NCBI GenBank assembly: GCA_038279365.1
Contig: JAYODI010000125.1
Location: 1 to 11,783 of the forward strand
DNA length: 11,783 nt
Source of the DNA: Candidatus Latescibacterota bacterium
GTDB lineage: Bacteria; Latescibacterota; UBA2968
Reading direction: 5' to 3'
The notes beneath the pieces were generated by a model, which saw nothing but the letters and a program-made list of their open reading frames with translations, had not been told where the DNA came from and did no database searches. Of the stretch, positions 7,254 to 11,783 are shown piece by piece. Positions within the stretch are counted from its first letter, which is position 1, and every line of letters starts with the position of its first letter. The translations under genes were made by a program, and so were the position numbers.

Positions 7254-8003
7254 ATGCGCCTCTCGCCCAAAGAAATTGACAAACTCATCTTGCACAATGC
7301 TGGTTTTCTCGCCCAAAAGCGATATGCCCGAGGGCTCAAGCTCAACTACCCAGAAGCCACGGCTCTCATTGCCGCACAATTGCTCGAATTTATTCGCGAT
7401 GGTGAATCGGTAGCCACCCTCATGAACAAAGGCAAACAACTACTGGGCACCAACGACGTCTTACCTGGCGTACCGGAAATGGTTCACGAAGTACAAATAG
7501 AAGGCACCTTTCCCGACGGCACAAAACTTGTTACCGTGCACAACCCCATTTGCCGCGAAAATGGCGAGACAGAACTAGCTCTCTATGGCTCGGGCCTCAC
7601 ACGCACCCAAGCACCGTGGTCACCCGACAACATCTCTGCCAACACACCAGGCAAAACCACAGTAACAGACGAACCCATCACACTCAATACCGATCGCGAC
7701 ACGCTCACACTACCAGTCACAAACACGGGAGATCGTCCCATTCAGGTCGGTTCACACTACACCTTCTTCGAAGTTAACCCTGCCCTCTCCTTTGATCGCG
7801 AAAAGGCTTATGGTTATCGACTCAACATTGCCTCAGGCACGGCCGTGCGCTTTGAACCTGGAGAAACCAAATCTGTCGAACTGGTTGCCATCACAGGCAA
7901 CCGCATCGTCTACGGCGGCAATGCACTCATCTCTGGCGCATTAGACAAAAACAAAGAACAGGCCCTTAAAAACGCCACCGAAAGCGGATTTAAATCTGCA
8001 TAG
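7254..8003 (+). CDS. ureAB: Fused urease gamma/beta subunit
   Basis: Gamma domain ([38 protein letters not shown]) is joined in one ORF to the beta domain ([31 protein letters not shown]). Confidence 0.95.
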   Translation: MRLSPKEIDKLILHNAGFLAQKRYARGLKLNYPEATALIAAQLLEFIRDGESVATLMNKGKQLLGTNDVLPGVPEMVHEVQIEGTFPDGTKLVTVHNPICRENGETELALYGSGLTRTQAPWSPDNISANTPGKTTVTDEPITLNTDRDTLTLPVTNTGDRPIQVGSHYTFFEVNPALSFDREKAYGYRLNIASGTAVRFEPGETKSVELVAITGNRIVYGGNALISGALDKNKEQALKNATESGFKSA

Positions 8004-8064
8004 TTTCTTTAAAAAAATCTGTCTCTATCTGTGGTTTCAAAATATTTTCTTAAAAAGGTTTTTC

Positions 8065-9768
8065 ATGGCACAAATTGATCGCAACGCATATGCCGACATG
8101 TATGGCCCCACAACAGGCGACAAACTCCAATTGGGCGATACCAACCTCATCATAGAAGTGGAAAAAGACCACACCATCTACGGAGATGAATGCAAATTTG
8201 GCGGCGGTAAAGTACTGCGTGATGGCATGGGACAAGCCACAGGTGTGTCACAAAAAGACGCGCTGGATCTCGTTATCACCAACGCGCTCATCATCGACTA
8301 CACAGGCATCTACAAAGCCGACATCGGCATCAAAAATGGCCGCATCATTGGCATTGGCAAAGCAGGCAATCCCGACATCATGTCGGGTGTCAACAAAAAC
8401 ATGATCGTCGGTGTCACCACCGAAGTCATCGCAGGTGAAGGGCACATCATCACCGCAGGTGCACTCGACGTACACATCCACTTCATCTGTCCCCAACAAA
8501 TTGACGAAGCCATTGCCTCAGGCATTACCACCATGCTCGGAGGCGGCACAGGCCCCGCCACAGGCACCAATGCCACCACCTGCACACCCGGTGCCACACA
8601 CATTCGCCTGATGTTACAAGCCACCGACACCTACCCGCTCAACTTCGGTTTTTTAGGCAAAGGCAATTCCTCCTTACCCCAAGGCCTTACCGAACAAATT
8701 GAAGGCGGTGCCTGTGGCCTCAAACTGCACGAAGACTGGGGCACCACACCGGCCACCATCGACACCTGTTTGGCCATAGCCGATGACTATGACATACAAG
8801 TCTGCATACACACCGACACCCTCAACGAATCGGGCTTTGTAGAACAATCGGCCGCGGCCTTCAAAGGCCGCACCATTCATACCTATCACACCGAAGGCGC
8901 TGGCGGTGGGCACGCACCCGACATTATGCGTCTGTGTGCCGAAGCCAATGTCTTACCCTCATCCACCAACCCCACCCGCCCCTTTACCGTCAACACCATC
9001 GACGAACACTTAGACATGCTCATGGTGTGTCACCACTTAGACAAAAACATTCCCGAAGACGTCGCCTTTGCCGAAAGCCGCATTCGCCAAGAAACCATTG
9101 CGGCCGAAGACATCCTACACGACTTAGGTGCCCTCTCCATTATCGCCTCCGACAGCCAAGCCATGGGTCGCATTGGCGAAGTCATTTGCCGCACCTGGCA
9201 AACCGCACACAAAATGAAAATGCAACGTGGCTACTTGTTGGGAGACAGCAACAACGACAACCAACGCGTCAAACGCTACATTGCCAAATACACCATCAAC
9301 CCTGCCATAGCACACGGTCTCAACACAGACATCGGCTCTGTTGAAGTTGGCAAACTCGCCGACCTCGTCTTGTGGAAACCCGCTTTTTTTGGTGCCAAAC
9401 CCGAAATGATCATCAAAGGCGGCATCATTGCCCATGCCCAAATGGGTGACCCCAACGCCTCTATTCCCACACCCCAGCCCGTTTACCCACGCCCCATGTT
9501 TGGATCATTTGGCACAGCCGTAGGCCCCACATCACTCGCCTTTGTCTCCAATGCATCGCTCAACACAGTGGCCACCTATGGCCTATCCAAAAAAGCCGTT
9601 GCCGTACAAAACTGCCGCAACATTGGCAAAAAAGACATGCAACACAACACCCTCACACCCAACATACACATCGACCCAGAAACCTATCGCGTCACTGTCG
9701 ATGGTGAATTACTCACATGTGAGCCCGCAGTCAAGCTTCCATTGGCGCAACTTTATAACTTATTTTAA
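8065..9768 (+). CDS. ureC: Urease alpha (catalytic) subunit
   Basis: 567 aa with all active-site motifs intact: [22 protein letters not shown] (carbamylated Lys), [21 protein letters not shown], flap [16 protein letters not shown]. Confidence 0.98.
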   Translation: MAQIDRNAYADMYGPTTGDKLQLGDTNLIIEVEKDHTIYGDECKFGGGKVLRDGMGQATGVSQKDALDLVITNALIIDYTGIYKADIGIKNGRIIGIGKAGNPDIMSGVNKNMIVGVTTEVIAGEGHIITAGALDVHIHFICPQQIDEAIASGITTMLGGGTGPATGTNATTCTPGATHIRLMLQATDTYPLNFGFLGKGNSSLPQGLTEQIEGGACGLKLHEDWGTTPATIDTCLAIADDYDIQVCIHTDTLNESGFVEQSAAAFKGRTIHTYHTEGAGGGHAPDIMRLCAEANVLPSSTNPTRPFTVNTIDEHLDMLMVCHHLDKNIPEDVAFAESRIRQETIAAEDILHDLGALSIIASDSQAMGRIGEVICRTWQTAHKMKMQRGYLLGDSNNDNQRVKRYIAKYTINPAIAHGLNTDIGSVEVGKLADLVLWKPAFFGAKPEMIIKGGIIAHAQMGDPNASIPTPQPVYPRPMFGSFGTAVGPTSLAFVSNASLNTVATYGLSKKAVAVQNCRNIGKKDMQHNTLTPNIHIDPETYRVTVDGELLTCEPAVKLPLAQLYNLF

Positions 9769-9775
9769 GAAGGCA

Positions 9776-9949
9776 GTGAAACGCCAAATGTAGAATCTTT
9801 AAAATCTGTGAAATGCCAAACGTGAAACGCCAAATGTAAAACCTTTAAAATCAAAAAACAAAACCCCCAATATAGCACGCAATTAATAACCTGGTTGATT
9901 CGTTTGCCGTTTACCGTTTGCCGTTTACCGTTTGCCGTTTGCCATTTAT
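9776..9949. repeat. Convergent heptamer tandem arrays, locus 3, including a 31-bp direct repeat
   Basis: Left units of GTGAAAC/GCCAAAT type; 9776-9806 and 9822-9852 match at 29 of 31 nt. Right units CGTTTRC x6 (9901-9942) plus CATTTAT. Confidence 0.9.
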
Positions 9950-9971
9950 TTTAACTTGAGACCTCCAACCG

Positions 9972-10634
9972 ATGCTCTTCGACCTCCTCACACTCGCCGA
10001 CAGCAACTTACCCGTTGGCAGTTATGCCTTTTCCAATGGCTTAGAAGCGGCCAGCCACTTAGGCCTTTTATCCAGTACCGATCATTTACATGACTACATG
10101 ACAACCGCTATTTATAACACCGCCCAAAGTGAACTACCCTTTATACAGTCGTGTTATACAGCAAACACCTCTCTTTTAGACGACATATTACTTACTTACG
10201 ACGCCATGCTCACCACCCAAACCATGGCCCAAGCCAGTGCCGTACAGGGGCGCAACCTCATCCGCATCATGAACACCCTCTACCCATCTGATGCCATGAC
10301 TCAACTGCGCCAGACACTCATCAAACAAACCGTGCCCACGCATTACACCATTGTCTATGGCACCACATTTCACATCGCAGGGCTGGCTCTATTGCAAACC
10401 CAACAAATCTTCATGTATCAAATGTTACGTGACCAAATCAGTGCCGCGGTGCGCTTGGGCATCATCGGACCAATGGAAGCCGCCCAATTACAAAAACACC
10501 ACCATCAAACATGTGAAATGGCCATAGAGCAAACAACAGACACACCGTATACACATGCCACACGCAGTGCACCCCAAATAGACATCACCCAAAGCTTTCA
10601 CCAACACCTCTATTCACGCCTCTTTCAAAGCTAA
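9972..10634 (+). CDS. ureF: Urease accessory protein UreF
   Basis: N-terminal [32 protein letters not shown], and C-terminal [11 protein letters not shown]. Lies between ureC and ureG. Confidence 0.92.
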   Translation: MLFDLLTLADSNLPVGSYAFSNGLEAASHLGLLSSTDHLHDYMTTAIYNTAQSELPFIQSCYTANTSLLDDILLTYDAMLTTQTMAQASAVQGRNLIRIMNTLYPSDAMTQLRQTLIKQTVPTHYTIVYGTTFHIAGLALLQTQQIFMYQMLRDQISAAVRLGIIGPMEAAQLQKHHHQTCEMAIEQTTDTPYTHATRSAPQIDITQSFHQHLYSRLFQS

Positions 10635-10641
10635 ATTTTGT

Positions 10642-10658
10642 CGCGCACAACAAAGGAC
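10642..10658 (+). promoter_or_regulatory. 17-bp RBS-containing block, copy 2
   Basis: CGCGCACAACAAAGGAC ends 5 nt before the ureG ATG. Identical to 7229-7245. Confidence 0.75.
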
Positions 10659-10663
10659 AAAAC

Positions 10664-11404
10664 ATGCACAATCACGATCACGACCATCACAGCCATGACC
10701 ACACCCACCCGCACACCCACGAACACCTCGACTCACCCGGTGACTTCACCCACCGCGACCCCATGCTTAAAAATCGCGACTTCACGCAACGTGCATTCAC
10801 CGTTGGCATTGGTGGCCCAGTTGGCTCAGGCAAGACCGCCCTCATGCGCGTCTTATGCGAAGCCCTACGCAACAAATACAGCCTCGGAGCTGTCACCAAT
10901 GACATCTTCACCCGAGAAGACGCCGAATTTTTATTGCGACACAAAGCCCTCGAAGCCGACCGCATCATTGGCGTTGAAACCGGTGGATGCCCACACGCCG
11001 CCATTCGCGAAGACATCTCCCTCAACCTCAACGCCCTCGAAGACCTCATGCTTCGCTTTGACAACAACATCGACCTCCTCTTGGTCGAAAGCGGTGGCGA
11101 CAACTTGGCAGCACACTTCAGCAAAGAACTCGTCGACTACGCCATCTACGTCATCGACGTCTCAGCAGGCGACAAAATCCCACGCAAAGGTGGCCCCGGC
11201 ATCACCCAATCGGACCTCCTCATCATCAACAAAACCGACCTTGCCGAACTCGTTGGCGCAGACCTCAGCGTCATGGAACACGACGCCCGCATGATGCGCG
11301 GCGAAGGCCCCACCATCTTCGCCTGCCTCAAACATAAATTTGGCCTCGACGAAATTATCGAACAAATATTCATCGCCCGCGATGCCGCCCTTGCGACGGC
11401 CTGA
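10664..11404 (+). CDS. ureG: Urease accessory GTPase UreG with His-rich N-terminal extension
   Basis: P-loop [18 protein letters not shown], metal-binding [31 protein letters not shown]-terminus is [21 protein letters not shown]. Confidence 0.97.
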   Translation: MHNHDHDHHSHDHTHPHTHEHLDSPGDFTHRDPMLKNRDFTQRAFTVGIGGPVGSGKTALMRVLCEALRNKYSLGAVTNDIFTREDAEFLLRHKALEADRIIGVETGGCPHAAIREDISLNLNALEDLMLRFDNNIDLLLVESGGDNLAAHFSKELVDYAIYVIDVSAGDKIPRKGGPGITQSDLLIINKTDLAELVGADLSVMEHDARMMRGEGPTIFACLKHKFGLDEIIEQIFIARDAALATA

Positions 11405-11439
11405 TGCACCGAATTATGGAAATAAAAACAAATCGATCA

Positions 11440-11484
11440 GCACCGGAATAAATTCCGGTGCGAAGGTTGAAATGTCCTACGGAC
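11440..11484. repeat. REP-like double palindrome after ureG
   Basis: GCACCGGAAT-aa-ATTCCGGTGC (11440-11461) and GTCC-tac-GGAC (11474-11484), the latter reading GTCCGTAGGAC on the minus strand. Confidence 0.6.
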
Positions 11485-11730
11485 TTAAGATCAAAACATT
11501 GCCGGTTTATTGAAATAATATCCATCATTCCATTACTATGTTTGAAAAATCCTAAGGACGACATCCTTAAAACTTATCACATAAAAAAACACATCACACA
11601 CACAAAACCCATCACGCCAAACCATCATGATTTTCCGCGCCATTCCGTCTATCTCTTAATATTCTAAAAACGATAACGGTAGCAGGCCATTCATCCTCTT
11701 GTGCCCTCAAAAGGTATTTGCGGAAAATCA

Positions 11731-11762
11731 GCCCCCCCGGCACTTGAGGGGCGGCATTTTTT
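11731..11762 (+). terminator. Probable intrinsic terminator, possibly bidirectional
   Basis: GCCCCCCCGG-cac-TTGAGGGGCGGC is followed by ATTTTTT. GAAAATCA precedes the stem and gives a T-tract on the minus strand. Confidence 0.6.
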
Positions 11763-11783
11763 GCTTACTTTTTGTTGCTGTTG

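Noticed and set aside
8001-8064. Stop-codon readthrough joining ureA/B to ureC
   Set aside because: The genes are in different frames and a TAA follows two codons after the TAG.
9769-9971. ureE pseudogene
   Set aside because: The spacer is made of heptamer repeats and A-rich sequence with no visible UreE-like remnant.
10638-11294. 218-aa Thr/Ser/Pro-rich alternative-frame ORF over ureG
   Set aside because: An off-frame by-product of the C-rich codon bias of ureG, with a TTG start and low-complexity sequence.
11458-11667. 69-aa ORF (and minus-strand 11370-11564) as ureD or a small accessory gene
   Set aside because: Far too short for UreD, no recognisable motif, and it begins inside the REP-like palindrome.

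Overview
A complete, co-oriented (+ strand) urea uptake and hydrolysis cluster from a diderm bacterium: urtA, a putative outer-membrane porin, urtB, urtC, urtD, urtE, a fused urease gamma/beta gene, ureC (alpha), ureF and ureG. No ureE or ureD is present in the window. The urease module looks plant/fungal-like: a eukaryote-type gamma-beta linker, and a UreG with a long His-rich N-terminus. The intergenic DNA is unusually structured. It contains the 3' part of a probable attenuator at the 5' edge, a hammerhead-core-like hairpin lacking stem I, three convergent pairs of 7/8-bp tandem arrays (one with a precise 32-bp insertion), a long G-U-containing hairpin before the urease genes, an identical 17-bp RBS block ahead of ureA/B and ureG, and REP-like palindromes. 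All calls come from reading the sequence and recalled family motifs; no searches were run.
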